A stretch of 30,898 nucleotides of DNA, taken from the IMG/VR virus record IMGVR_UViG_3300032234_000816, positions 1-30,898 of that record. One strand, written 5' to 3'. The DNA is from a virus (Duplodnaviria; Caudoviricetes). Numbering within the stretch: position 1 is the stretch's first letter; each line of letters begins with the position of its first letter. Of the stretch, positions 9,742 through 18,240 are shown piece after piece. The notes below the pieces were generated by a model. That model did not search any database, was not told the DNA's origin, and saw nothing but the letters and a program-made list of their open reading frames with translations. The position numbers were made by a program, and so were the translations under genes.

Positions 9742-9975
9742 TTAAGGGTTTCCGCCATCCCATACTATCTCCCAAGAAGATGTATTGTATAGACCTGCAT
9801 CTGCAATTGCACCTTGGTTTGCAAATGTACCACCATCTATATATGGTACTGGTGGCTCTATATATTTATCATCATAGGATAGTACTCTAGGAACCTTCTG
9901 CTTTACAACTATTACATCTCTAACAGGATAAGCTATAGTTCTAGGTATTTTTTTACGAACCACCACACGTGGCAT
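9742..9975 (-). CDS. Hypothetical protein, possibly virion-associated
   Basis: Coupled to the upstream gene (TAATG); IDGG/DAG/WDGG repeats. Confidence 0.6.
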   Translation of the reverse strand: MPRVVVRKKIPRTIAYPVRDVIVVKQKVPRVLSYDDKYIEPPVPYIDGGTFANQGAIADAGLYNTSSWEIVWDGGNP

Positions 9976-10328
9976 TAGCCTGCCCCAGTTATATCATCTA
10001 CCACATTCATTATGCCTGTTAAAACTGTGTTAATTGTATGTGGTGTTGTTCCTGTATCTGTGATCTGGACATCATAAAAATATTGACCTGCAGCTAATCC
10101 TCTTCCTACTGTTGAGGTAATGGTGCATCTTACAGTAGATGGCAAAACCTCTGTAGCAAGAGCAGTGGTCTTTGTTCCACCTGCACCTCTTTGTGTGCCA
10201 ATGGTAAATGCAAGGGTTTCGTAGGCATCTAAATCAAAATCAGAGCCATCGCTATTTTTTAATACTACATCAAATTCATATGTATCACCACGATAATAGT
10301 CAAAGTTACGAGTTGCTGGAAATGCCAT
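9975..10328 (-). CDS. BppU-like/Ig-like virion structural protein
   Basis: RGDT and YFYDVQ pattern in a beta-rich sequence; GAGGA RBS before ATG 10328. Confidence 0.6.
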   Translation of the reverse strand: MAFPATRNFDYYRGDTYEFDVVLKNSDGSDFDLDAYETLAFTIGTQRGAGGTKTTALATEVLPSTVRCTITSTVGRGLAAGQYFYDVQITDTGTTPHTINTVLTGIMNVVDDITGAG

Positions 10329-10496
10329 GTTGTCCTCTTTTCTCAAATGATTATATCATCATTTAAAATTTGGCGGGAATGATATTATTCACCCTTAATA
10401 AGATAATATATAGCCTGAAGTATTAACAAACCAGATATACCTAGCATGCCATATATCCAGTATAAGAAAAGATCCATGGTTTGATGATATCATTCT

Positions 10497-10667
10497 TTAT
10501 GGCTCAGGAGCAGTACATTTACGAACATCATCTGGGCCATAGTGATCTATCATAAATAATACAATCTCAGTCTTGTCATCTGTGACAATGAGATCACCAC
10601 ATCTATGGCATTCATCTAGGTGCTTTTCAGGGAGCTTTTTGTCCCAATCTACAGGGTTTTTATCCAT
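10497..10667 (-). CDS. Hypothetical protein, 56 aa (not in ORF track)
   Basis: MDKNPVDWDK...ECHRCGD; directly after promoter TTGACC-17-GATAAT (10673-10701). Confidence 0.6.
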   Translation of the reverse strand: MDKNPVDWDKKLPEKHLDECHRCGDLIVTDDKTEIVLFMIDHYGPDDVRKCTAPEP

Positions 10668-10783
10668 AGTCTATTATCTCAAATCTTGCTGGTAAGGTCA
10701 AGCCGAAAATTGGTTTTAAGTTCGGCGGCGATATAGAAGTAACAAACCACCCCCTGCCCTACACGGGCACTATTGGTTAATAT

Positions 10784-11482
10784 TTAAATGGTTGCGCCTT
10801 TGTCTATATTACATCTTCCATGTGCTGGCCTAACATTTTCTAAAGTATCTGGACCACCTTTGGATATAGGAATCAAGTGATCAATATGAAGTCCCTTTTC
10901 CCAACCTGGTTTTCCAACTTGGCGGGGTAAGGATAAATCAATCTTTAACCCACAGATATGGCAGTTAATGCCATAAGTAGATATAACATTATTTTCTGTG
11001 TACGGTGAGGTAGGAGAACCTTTTATGACAGCCCTACGCTTTCTACCTGCTCTTAGCTTAGCTTCACGATGTTGATCTGGGTTATTCTTTGCCCATTCTT
11101 TTACTCTTTGACGATTACGCTCAGCATTCTTTTTGTGATATTCTCTGCTCTTTTGCCTGTATCTTTCCTTATTGTTTTGATACTCAATGGCTTTTCTTTT
11201 CTTAATCTCTTCACGATATTTCTGAGCATAGATACGGCTTCGCTCTTTAATAATATCTTTATTCTTTTGACGATATATTTTTTTCTTCTTCTTAATATCA
11301 GCATCATTGACCATACGCCATTTCTTTGAGTATTCACGCATATAGTCAGCATTGGCTTTTCTACGTTCAGACAGGCAAGGCTTACATCTAGCATTAAGCT
11401 TACCTTTAGACTTACTCTCCCAGCAAAAGAATTCACTTGTAGCAGGAAAGATTTGCTTACATTGAGTGCATGCTTTAGTCAT
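10784..11482 (-). CDS. HNH endonuclease (homing-type)
   Basis: N-terminal CxxC..CxxC, basic helical repeats, CHIC, HIDHLIPISKGG, NVRPAHGRCN; promoter TTGACT-17-GATAAT (11489-11517) gives a leaderless ATG at 11482. Confidence 0.9.
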   Translation of the reverse strand: MTKACTQCKQIFPATSEFFCWESKSKGKLNARCKPCLSERRKANADYMREYSKKWRMVNDADIKKKKKIYRQKNKDIIKERSRIYAQKYREEIKKRKAIEYQNNKERYRQKSREYHKKNAERNRQRVKEWAKNNPDQHREAKLRAGRKRRAVIKGSPTSPYTENNVISTYGINCHICGLKIDLSLPRQVGKPGWEKGLHIDHLIPISKGGPDTLENVRPAHGRCNIDKGATI

Positions 11483-12093
11483 CAAACCATTATCTCAAAT
11501 TTTGCGGGGGAAGTCAAGAATGATCGTAATCCCTATAGTAAATAACCCTTATAGAACATAGCCCAGATAGCCCAAAAGCCCATAGCCAGATGTATAAATA
11601 ACCTGGTTTTATAGCAAATAAAATGTCCGAATTGGGTGGTTTGATAGGGTTTGATAGGAAAATAAATCTTACTGATATTTTTTAGATGTGGTTTTCGTGG
11701 AGTAAAGTGGAGGAAAGTGGGTGATTGGCCCCTTAGACAAATGGCGTCGTAATGTCCAGGGTTTTTAAGAGGCCCATGCCAAACCTCCAAACCTTTACTT
11801 AACAAACCTTAGCCTTTACTTAAGCCCTGCATTATATACCCAAACCTTGCTTTTGTCAAACCTTTATAGCCTAAAAACCATATAAAAACCATAGACATTT
11901 TGACCAAATTTGTCCAGAAATATATATAAAATAAAAGAAAAGGTTTGATAAATAAAAGAAAACCAGAAGAAATGGTTTGTTATTCTATAGGGGATAATTT
12001 GTATGGTTTGTATAGCTCCCCCGTCAAAAACGGGGACCCCTAGCGGGGTTCGTAATGTCTGACAGGATAATTTAACACGTTGTGGCGGGGGAA

Positions 12094-12264
12094 TTAAAGA
12101 AGATAAAGAAAAGTACCTATAGTAGATAAACCAATAACAAACCCTGCTACTATAAAGTAAAAGAAACCTTTATCTGGTTTGATATAAGGTTTGTCAGAAT
12201 GTCTAGTGAAACCATCATTAATGAAGTAAGGTCCTCCATGCTTTGAAAAATAGTTTCTTCCCAT
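12094..12264 (-). CDS. Small membrane-anchored protein
   Basis: Leaderless MGRNYFSK after TGTTATAAT; C-terminal TM helix; longer start in the ORF track is unlikely. Confidence 0.6.
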   Translation of the reverse strand: MGRNYFSKHGGPYFINDGFTRHSDKPYIKPDKGFFYFIVAGFVIGLSTIGTFLYLL

Positions 12265-12317
12265 ATAGAGATTATAACATGGATTAATATAAGGTTTGAC
12301 AAGTAAGGTTTGATAGG

Positions 12318-12422
12318 CTAGAATAGGAGAATTTTTTTGGTGCCTCGTAATGTCTAGAATAGGAGAAAAAATTTGGTGTCTCGTAATGCCAAAAAATGGG
12401 AAAAATATAGACATATCGTAAT
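12318..12422. repeat. 36-bp tandem repeat (two good copies, one degenerate)
   Basis: CTAGAATAGGAGA.....TTTGGTG.CTCGTAATG at 12318 and 12354; third copy from 12390. Confidence 0.8.
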
Positions 12423-12471
12423 AAGGTTTGATAGAATGGTTTGATACCTCGGGGCCCCACAGGGGCTTTTG

Positions 12472-12732
12472 TCAAGTTTTTACAATTTCCTTTAGGGATG
12501 CAAACCCAGTGTCTTCAACATCAAAAAGCTCTAGCAGATCAGCAAATGTATTATCTATGATCTCTGTAGCAAGTGGTGTTGTCTCTACGATACCGTTGGA
12601 AATAAAATATGCAAGTGGCAAACCTAAATCATTTATCTCAATAAAATCGGCAAACCATTCATTATCATAGTGGACTGTCCAAAGTTCTGTTAGTACATCA
12701 CACTTAGTGGCGAGATCTGTAGTTGTAGTCAT
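12472..12732 (-). CDS. Hypothetical acidic phage protein
   Basis: 86 aa ORF, NDLGLPLAY motif, GAAGGAAG leader. Confidence 0.75.
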   Translation of the reverse strand: MTTTTDLATKCDVLTELWTVHYDNEWFADFIEINDLGLPLAYFISNGIVETTPLATEIIDNTFADLLELFDVEDTGFASLKEIVKT

Positions 12733-12916
12733 GGTGTTGGTCTTCCTTCTCTGCTTGTGCTGAATCTGTTAGTGTGATCAGGCGATTGTAAATTACATTA
12801 GGTGATAACTGTACCAAATACTTGCCAATCATGTCAAGGTCAAGGCGTAGGTCTGCAAGTATGTTGGTGAGTTGTAGTGCTACCTTTTCTTCCTTGGTGA
12901 TTAGTTTTTTTCTCAT
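12704..12916 (-). CDS. Hypothetical protein
   Basis: GAGGAG RBS before MRKKLITK; promoter TTGCGC-17-TACAAT (12933-12961). Confidence 0.7.
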   Translation of the reverse strand: MRKKLITKEEKVALQLTNILADLRLDLDMIGKYLVQLSPNVIYNRLITLTDSAQAEKEDQHHDYNYRSRH

Positions 12917-12940
12917 GGTTCTCCTCATATAGATTGTATC

Positions 12941-12985
12941 AAAAAAAGGGGAGGGGCGCAACCCACCACAAATTGCGCTCCCTCC
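12941..12985 (-). terminator. Intrinsic terminator overlapping the next promoter
   Basis: GGAGGGAGCGCAA...TTGCGCCCCTCC stem followed by T7, just after the 12998 stop. Confidence 0.8.
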
Positions 12986-12997
12986 AATGCAACCTGA

Positions 12998-13384
12998 TTA
13001 TACGGTTGCCTTCTCAGTCAAAGCGGTTGGCAAGTAGGCCTCAATAAATAGTTGCCAGTCAAGGGCATTGCCTTGTGGATCAATGATAGTTTCTTTAGAG
13101 ATATCAATGATTACCGTCGTATCTCCTAGGTCCTCGTGAATATCATTAATAGCATAGATACCAAAACCTGTGTCACTGAATACAGAGTCTTGAATAAGAT
13201 AACTAATGATCATACGAGTAAAGTAACTAGCATCACTCCATCTAGGCTTTGCATGTAGCAGCGCTTGTGCTATATCCCGCTGCCATTCTGTCTCACCCCA
13301 GTGGCTATATAGGACCACGTGGGAAGCTGGTTCGCCTACTGCAGCCTCTACATCTTTAAATACATAGTGAATACGTGCTCCCAT
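12998..13384 (-). CDS. Hypothetical phage protein
   Basis: 128 aa, MGARI...LYSHWG...RW.D.SY..R; GGAG RBS. Confidence 0.75.
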   Translation of the reverse strand: MGARIHYVFKDVEAAVGEPASHVVLYSHWGETEWQRDIAQALLHAKPRWSDASYFTRMIISYLIQDSVFSDTGFGIYAINDIHEDLGDTTVIIDISKETIIDPQGNALDWQLFIEAYLPTALTEKATV

Positions 13385-13475
13385 TATTTCATCTCCCCAG
13401 TATATCCAGTTAGTCCGCCTGCGATAGCGCCTAAAGCAATTATAACAATAAACATTGAAATTAGAAATCCTAGCA

Positions 13476-13655
13476 TTAGTCTTCCTTTTCTTCGTCTGAA
13501 ACTACTTGTAGTGGTGCCCAGTTATAGGCATAGTCCTCAGCATTTTCAAATAAGTCAATGCGTTGCATTTCTTGAATTGCTTCCTCTTTGCTATCTGCAA
13601 TGATGTCAAATTCATAAAAGACTTCTCTGCTTGCGGTTATGGTGTATTTTGGCAT
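13476..13655 (-). CDS. Hypothetical protein, 59 aa (not in ORF track)
   Basis: MPKYTITASREVFYEFDIIADSKEEA; AAAGGA RBS; followed by a coupled 30 aa hydrophobic ORF (13384-13476). Confidence 0.7.
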   Translation of the reverse strand: MPKYTITASREVFYEFDIIADSKEEAIQEMQRIDLFENAEDYAYNWAPLQVVSDEEKED

Positions 13656-13689
13656 GGTGTTTCCTTTCGTGTAGTGTTATTTAATTGTA

Positions 13690-13989
13690 TCAAATGTCAT
13701 CGTTGATGTCAACAGGGTCCAAGATGTATCCGCTTTCTAACATCCACTCTACTACATCGTCATAGTGTTGCTCTGAACCATACTCTAGGCTAAAGCCCTT
13801 ACCTGCGGCAACTGCCTCAACTAGACCTGTCCATACAGTGTCAAGATTTACATCTGCGTGATATGACTCATCATCTAGTACATCTACAATGGTGTTCCAT
13901 GTCCATAGCCAGACCATAGGTAGGCCTAGTTCTGTGCCACGTAAGATCTCTAGACATTTGTGTAGTTTATCTCTATCTGCCGTTTTCAT
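13690..13989 (-). CDS. Hypothetical acidic protein
   Basis: Start MKTADRDK with GAGG RBS and ATGA overlap with the upstream stop. Confidence 0.7.
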   Translation of the reverse strand: MKTADRDKLHKCLEILRGTELGLPMVWLWTWNTIVDVLDDESYHADVNLDTVWTGLVEAVAAGKGFSLEYGSEQHYDDVVEWMLESGYILDPVDINDDI

Positions 13990-14612
13990 TTTGCCTCTTC
14001 CTTTGGTGTGTTCATCAATTCTAGCACTGGCCACTGACATTTAGGGCAGACCAACTCATTGTGCTCTTCCATGTATAAGTCATTAGGGTCCTCTGCATGC
14101 ATGTAGTCGCACTCTTGACATTTCCAATTGTATTCCATGCCGTCAAGTTGTTCACCTCTGAGGAACTCACATTCCCCACCCCAACCTGTTTCTTCTTCAT
14201 ATGTTAAAGTAAATAACAAATCAGGGTACTGAGATGATAGATTAATTAAAGCCTCATCTGGAATTCCCCAAGGGGATTCAAATGTGTAATGAATTGCGTA
14301 AGACTCACCATTAGGAGCCTCATCTTGTAAATTAACACTGCTTGCATCCCACTTAACACCCCAGTTAAAGTTATTCCATTTGTACCAGTCATTGCCATTA
14401 TCAGACTGTTGAAGTGGATATGTATCTAGATCAGTAGGCGCTATGATATTCCAGTAAGAGAAGATAGGGTTCTCAGTTAGTTTGACCTCTACCTCGTTTG
14501 TCTCCCAATCAAGGACGGGAACATAGATAGGCTTACCTACCTCATACTTTAATTTAAGTACAGATGACTTTGGACCTTCTACAGTTAGTCCGTTATATAC
14601 CCAGTTTGGCAT
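13986..14612 (-). CDS. DUF1281/YubB ferredoxin-like-domain protein with C-terminal zinc ribbon
   Basis: MPNWVYN, WY.W...NWGVKWD, FESPW; CQEC...CPKC. Confidence 0.7.
   Translation of the reverse strand: MPNWVYNGLTVEGPKSSVLKLKYEVGKPIYVPVLDWETNEVEVKLTENPIFSYWNIIAPTDLDTYPLQQSDNGNDWYKWNNFNWGVKWDASSVNLQDEAPNGESYAIHYTFESPWGIPDEALINLSSQYPDLLFTLTYEEETGWGGECEFLRGEQLDGMEYNWKCQECDYMHAEDPNDLYMEEHNELVCPKCQWPVLELMNTPKEEAK
14018..14039 (-). promoter_or_regulatory. PafBC/RecA-NDp-type promoter (inside CDS)
   Basis: TGTCAG-N10-TAGAAT upstream of ATG 13989. Confidence 0.7.
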
Positions 14613-14661
14613 GGTGTTTTCTTTCTACTTGGTGGTTTATATTAATAATACAGGAATGCTA

Positions 14662-14904
14662 TTAGTTTGTCAACTTAGCACGATCAGCAATAGCAAATGC
14701 TAACTGGTATGTTAATTCATATACCTTGGCATAAGCGTCAAGCTGACCTTCATGGTACTTACCTTCTGGGTTATAGCGATTGTTACCCCAGGCCTCCTCA
14801 GCCTCTAGCATTAGGCCTTTAAGTTTGCCATGCAAGATGTCTGTGCCTGACTCTCCAATATCCACAAGGTACTGTAGGTGAGGTGGTAGTTTAGTTGTGT
14901 TCAT
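14662..14904 (-). CDS. Hypothetical protein
   Basis: 80 aa ORF with GGAG RBS, in operon. Confidence 0.7.
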   Translation of the reverse strand: MNTTKLPPHLQYLVDIGESGTDILHGKLKGLMLEAEEAWGNNRYNPEGKYHEGQLDAYAKVYELTYQLAFAIADRAKLTN

Positions 14905-15073
14905 CTATATACTCCAATAGGTGTTCGCAGGTAGCGATTGCTCCCTCGTAATAGGCGTCTGATTCAAAGTACTCATCATCAGGAATTTCAACTCCTTCAC
15001 GTGCGTCCTCTAGATCTTGCTCCAATGAGATTCTGTGAATTTTTATGTATTCTCTTAATGTATTTAGGTCCAT
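14891..15073 (-). CDS. Hypothetical protein
   Basis: Leaderless after TTGATA-17-TATACT (15080-15108); YYEGAI resembles YHEGQL of the next gene. Confidence 0.7.
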   Translation of the reverse strand: MDLNTLREYIKIHRISLEQDLEDAREGVEIPDDEYFESDAYYEGAIATCEHLLEYIDEHN

Positions 15074-15076
15074 ATA

Positions 15077-15265
15077 TCAAGTATAGTGGCTCTCACCAAT
15101 AATATCAAGGTGATGTTCTGTGACTTCCGTCACATCATATCTGTTTATCCTAATAATCTTAGGCTGGTCACAGATACAGTTGGGTTGAATCACCAGGCTA
15201 TTAGTAGTTGTGATTTCAAAAAGGGTATCACAATTAGTACAAATATATTCATGCTTAGTCCACAT
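15077..15265 (-). CDS. Small zinc-ribbon-like protein
   Basis: HEYICTNCD..FE and CIC; coupled to upstream 52 aa ORF 15265-15423. Confidence 0.65.
   Translation of the reverse strand: MWTKHEYICTNCDTLFEITTTNSLVIQPNCICDQPKIIRINRYDVTEVTEHHLDIIGESHYT
15119..15134. promoter_or_regulatory. CRP-family box
   Basis: TGTGA-CTTCCG-TCACA centred 53.5 bp upstream of the leaderless ATG at 15073. Confidence 0.7.
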
Positions 15266-15422
15266 TAGTCAAAGTACCCTTCTGCCCATAGGCCTTGCAA
15301 GAATGTAACTGTGTTATGAAGGTTTGTATGTAGCCATGGATCATCGTCAAAGTTGACGGTAGTTAGAGCAGACTCAACTGCTAGAGTCATAGCATCTAAC
15401 TCTTCTTTATCATAACCTAACA

Positions 15423-15584
15423 TTACTCTCCCCAATATTGCATAATAGTATTCATAGTGATATGGAGATTACAATCGCAAGGGTCTCCCCCCATGTTCTC
15501 CTCAAATTCAAAGTGCGATAGGTTGTCCTCATAAATTTCCATTACGAGTTCTGATATTGTGTATGGTTTGTAGGTGGTAGTCAT
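15423..15584 (-). CDS. Hypothetical protein
   Basis: MTTTYKPY start directly after TTGCTT-17-TAAAAT (15592-15620). Confidence 0.65.
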   Translation of the reverse strand: MTTTYKPYTISELVMEIYEDNLSHFEFEENMGGDPCDCNLHITMNTIMQYWGE

Positions 15585-15709
15585 GATATTAATTTTACAG
15601 GAATCTGCGAAAAAAAGCAAGTCCTCTTAATAAAAGAATCTGTGAGTATTTATCTTAGTTCTTAAATGTCCAATTTGTCCAATTTTGCTCGGGGCCCCAT
15701 TTACGCTTG

Positions 15710-15783
15710 CGATCTGTATGGGACTTGAACCCACGACCTCTACCGTGACAGGGTAGCGCTCTAACCAACTGAGCTAACAGACC
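15710..15783 (-). tRNA. tRNA-Asp(GUC)
   Basis: GGTCTGT/ACAGATC acceptor, CTACC/GGTAG stem, loop CTGTCAC, discriminator G. Confidence 0.93.
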
Positions 15784-15786
15784 AGA

Positions 15787-15813
15787 GAGCAGTTTTACAT
15801 CATGCTCAGGATT
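15787..15813 (-). ncRNA. Small H-type pseudoknot repeat, copy 1
   Basis: ATC-CT-GAGCA-T-GAT-GTAAAAC-TGCTC between the DUF932 stop and tRNA-Asp. Confidence 0.6.
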
Positions 15814-15819
15814 ATTTTA

Positions 15820-16836
15820 TTATACCAGTTGCAAGGTATTCTGTACAACCTTTAGCAAGCGATTTTTTTCTGCGTTGATAGCAGGATCAAATCCACTTGC
15901 ACTTGCCAACATGCTTTCATTGTTACCACCACGTGATGTGCGGTACCAATCAAGACGTTCTGTAAGAGCGTTAAATGCTCCCCACGCATTACCAGCGATC
16001 ATGCCATTGAATTCGCCAGTGTAAATATCGTTGATGATATCTACCTTGTTCTCCCACTTCTTGATTGAACCCTTAGAATCCTTTTCAGGCTTAGGATAAG
16101 CAGCAAGAATGATATCGTAGAAAGTCTTAGCGCTGACTTCCTTCTCAATCATAGCCTTAGCCATGAGATCAAATTCATCCATGTAAGCATTAGCAAGACC
16201 AAGAGTCTCACGTGCGATCTGCACCTTGCCATTGGCAGTCTGCGTGTGACGAATCTTGAATGATTGCTTAACGCCACCCTTGCGCTTCTTCTGATTAAGT
16301 GCAAGATTGAGAGTGTTAGCGCACACTACACGCACTGGTGTTATGCTTGCTTGAATTGCGATTGAGCCATCGTGTGATGTGTTGATGAGCAAATAAGTCT
16401 TTACCTTATCTGCAACACCGTTAGGGTCAAGAACGGTCTCACGCTCTAGTGCTAGGGCACCAAAGACAACACGTCCACCCTTGATTGAGCCAGCAGTCTC
16501 CCAACGGCCTCCACCGTCTAGAATGTTATCGCCAAATGAGAATAGATCCTCATTCTGCAATACGTGATAGCGCTCACCTACGACACCAAGAATATCTGTC
16601 TGTGTGTTTTCTGTAGGATTGGTACGTACTACGTACTGATATTCCTTATCTGATGTAAGGTGTGATGGAATTGGCATATCTTCAAGACGAACATTCCAAC
16701 CGTTGAGGTTTGCAGCCTCTAACATTTCTGTGGTGGTTTTTTCTTCTGTAAAGACGGTACCCAATCCATGCCAAGCAGGTTCACGGAAAGATGCGAAAGA
16801 GGTCTTACCGTTTTGTATTTCTAGGTCATGTGCCAT
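15820..16836 (-). CDS. DUF932/DUF945 (TIGR03299-like) phage/plasmid protein
   Basis: MAH, PAWHGLG, ETAGS..GG, NTSHDGS, TPVRVVCANTL, IRHT and WGAFNA.TE. Confidence 0.9.
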   Translation of the reverse strand: MAHDLEIQNGKTSFASFREPAWHGLGTVFTEEKTTTEMLEAANLNGWNVRLEDMPIPSHLTSDKEYQYVVRTNPTENTQTDILGVVGERYHVLQNEDLFSFGDNILDGGGRWETAGSIKGGRVVFGALALERETVLDPNGVADKVKTYLLINTSHDGSIAIQASITPVRVVCANTLNLALNQKKRKGGVKQSFKIRHTQTANGKVQIARETLGLANAYMDEFDLMAKAMIEKEVSAKTFYDIILAAYPKPEKDSKGSIKKWENKVDIINDIYTGEFNGMIAGNAWGAFNALTERLDWYRTSRGGNNESMLASASGFDPAINAEKNRLLKVVQNTLQLV

Positions 16837-16868
16837 GAGTTTTCTCCTTATTGTTTGTTGATATTTTA

Positions 16869-16890
16869 AGTGTACCAGTATGGACTGACA
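16869..16890 (-). promoter_or_regulatory. PafBC/RecA-NDp-type promoter
   Basis: TGTCAG-N10-TACACT upstream of the DUF932 gene. Confidence 0.78.
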
Positions 16891-16956
16891 AATGCAAATC
16901 AGGATAAGTAAAAATGGGAAAAATTGGACATTATTTTAATCCCTCGTAAAGACACG

Positions 16957-16972
16957 TGTGATCTTGGTCACA
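16957..16972. promoter_or_regulatory. CRP-family box
   Basis: TGTGA-TCTTGG-TCACA. Confidence 0.75.
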
Positions 16973-17007
16973 TGGGCTCGGGGCCCCATTTGTGCGGGGA
17001 GCTGGAT

Positions 17008-17036
17008 GAGCAGTTTATAGATATGCTCAGATCTAT
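17008..17036 (-). ncRNA. Small H-type pseudoknot repeat, copy 2
   Basis: TAGAT-CT-GAGCA-T-ATCTA-TAAAC-TGCTC. Confidence 0.7.
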
Positions 17037-17055
17037 TAGTAGCCCCCTACTAAAT

Positions 17056-17226
17056 TTACTTAGAGGTCTTCACCATTGCAAAACGATGTGCACCGTTTGC
17101 AAGTTTCAATGAAACTCTAGTTAGTTTGTTGTTGATTGGTGTGAAGTTAGTGATTCGTCCAGTGACACCTGTCTTGCTTGTTGTGAATAGATCGCCTAGT
17201 TGATATGTGTATCCGTTTAGTGACAT
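17056..17226 (-). CDS. Small SH3-like beta protein, 56 aa (not in ORF track)
   Basis: MSLNGYTYQLGDLFTTSKTGVTGRI; paralogue of 17896-18060; AAGGA RBS. Confidence 0.8.
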   Translation of the reverse strand: MSLNGYTYQLGDLFTTSKTGVTGRITNFTPINNKLTRVSLKLANGAHRFAMVKTSK

Positions 17227-17266
17227 TTGTTTTATTTCCTTTTCTGTAGTGGTGGTTTAATTGTGT

Positions 17267-17294
17267 GAGCAGTTTTACGACTTACTCAGGTCGT
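17267..17294 (-). ncRNA. Small H-type pseudoknot repeat, copy 3
   Basis: ACGAC-CT-GAGTA-A-GTCGT-AAAAC-TGCTC. Confidence 0.7.
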
Positions 17295-17328
17295 TTGGGT
17301 TCAGGACTTTAAGTTGCCCCCCAAAGTT

Positions 17329-17757
17329 TTAGAGATAGCGGGCTACTGCGTTGTATGTAGAAGTATTTACAACTTCTTCATCTGTCATCTTTAGAATACG
17401 AATTGCGTTTGCAATTTCGTTTTTCTGTTCTAAGTATGAGTGTTGGTGCATAACTACATAGTCCTTAGTTGGCTCTTTTGGCAAGTCTGACTCTGTAAGA
17501 CCTGTTAGGTCAAAGTCAATGTTAAGTGTTCCGTTCCATGAACGAAAGTTTGTACGGAAGTTTTCTGCCTTCTTGACATTTGCAATAGCATAAGCAATAA
17601 CTTCCTTCTGATACTTCTCATAAGCCTTCTTATACTTTGCTTCGTTGGCTTCTTGTGATGCGTAGTCTGACTCTAGTTTAGCAAGTGAGCCTTCTAGTGC
17701 CTTGATTACCTTTGGTGTTGCGATCTTTACTGAGATTGCTTTTCCTCTTGTTGCCAT
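17329..17757 (-). CDS. Hypothetical protein
   Basis: 142 aa ORF with its own promoter. Confidence 0.8.
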   Translation of the reverse strand: MATRGKAISVKIATPKVIKALEGSLAKLESDYASQEANEAKYKKAYEKYQKEVIAYAIANVKKAENFRTNFRSWNGTLNIDFDLTGLTESDLPKEPTKDYVVMHQHSYLEQKNEIANAIRILKMTDEEVVNTSTYNAVARYL

Positions 17758-17792
17758 GTGGTGTTCTCGTTTCTGTAGTGGTTGATATTTAT

Positions 17793-17814
17793 ATTATAGT
17801 AGATGGGACTGACA
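17793..17814 (-). promoter_or_regulatory. PafBC/RecA-NDp-type promoter
   Basis: TGTCAG-N10-TATAAT. Confidence 0.78.
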
Positions 17815-17895
17815 TTTACCCCGTAGGGTGAGAGTTCTTACTTACGACATTGGGCGAGAACACTCTCTAAACTGCCCCTGTTTCGTTGGACTAGA

Positions 17896-18060
17896 TTACT
17901 GCGCCTTCCAAGTTGTCCAGCGCACCTGACCATTTACATCTAACTTAACACGAACTGTGTCCTTAGCGGTAGGGGCGATCTCCAAGATTGTGCCTGTGAC
18001 CTTTGACTTCTGTGAAGTATAGAGGTCGCCTACCTTGTAAGTTGATACTGCTACTGTCAT
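17896..18060 (-). CDS. Small SH3-like beta protein
   Basis: MTVAVSTYKVGDLYTSQKSKVTGTI; AAGGAG RBS; promoter TTGATA-17-TACACT (18092-18120). Confidence 0.8.
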   Translation of the reverse strand: MTVAVSTYKVGDLYTSQKSKVTGTILEIAPTAKDTVRVKLDVNGQVRWTTWKAQ

Positions 18061-18151
18061 TTCTTTCTCCTTTGTTTTTGTTGATATATTAAGTGTAGCA
18101 AAAAATCTAAGAAATATCAAATCCATTTCCTAGAAATCTCACTATTTGGAC

Positions 18152-18167
18152 TGTGATCTAGGTCACA
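18152..18167. promoter_or_regulatory. CRP-family box
   Basis: TGTGA-TCTAGG-TCACA. Confidence 0.75.
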
Positions 18168-18240
18168 CTATTTATTTTTTAGGATGAACAATAATAGCCC
18201 TATTAAGGATAAGACTACATATATGTCCATAGTTATCCCC

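Larger units (their letters stand above)
11520..12447. repeat. Largely non-coding region with dispersed GGTTTG(ATA) and TCGTAAT repeats
   Basis: At least 15 GGTTTG/CAAACC copies and six TCGTAA copies (11524, 11747, 12050, 12345, 12381, 12416). Confidence 0.75.

Noticed and set aside
11533-11805. 90 aa ORF and the long versions of 12094-12414 and 12284-12475
   Set aside because: They translate the DNA repeats, lack RBS support and have odd composition
12043-12064. TGTCAG in the repeat field as a promoter
   Set aside because: No -10 element at 10 nt spacing (CCCCGC)
12318-12422. 36-bp repeats as a CRISPR array
   Set aside because: Units are contiguous with no unique spacers, and there are no cas genes in the window
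15641-15656. CRP box upstream of the 15592 promoter
   Set aside because: Only the TGTGA half-site is present
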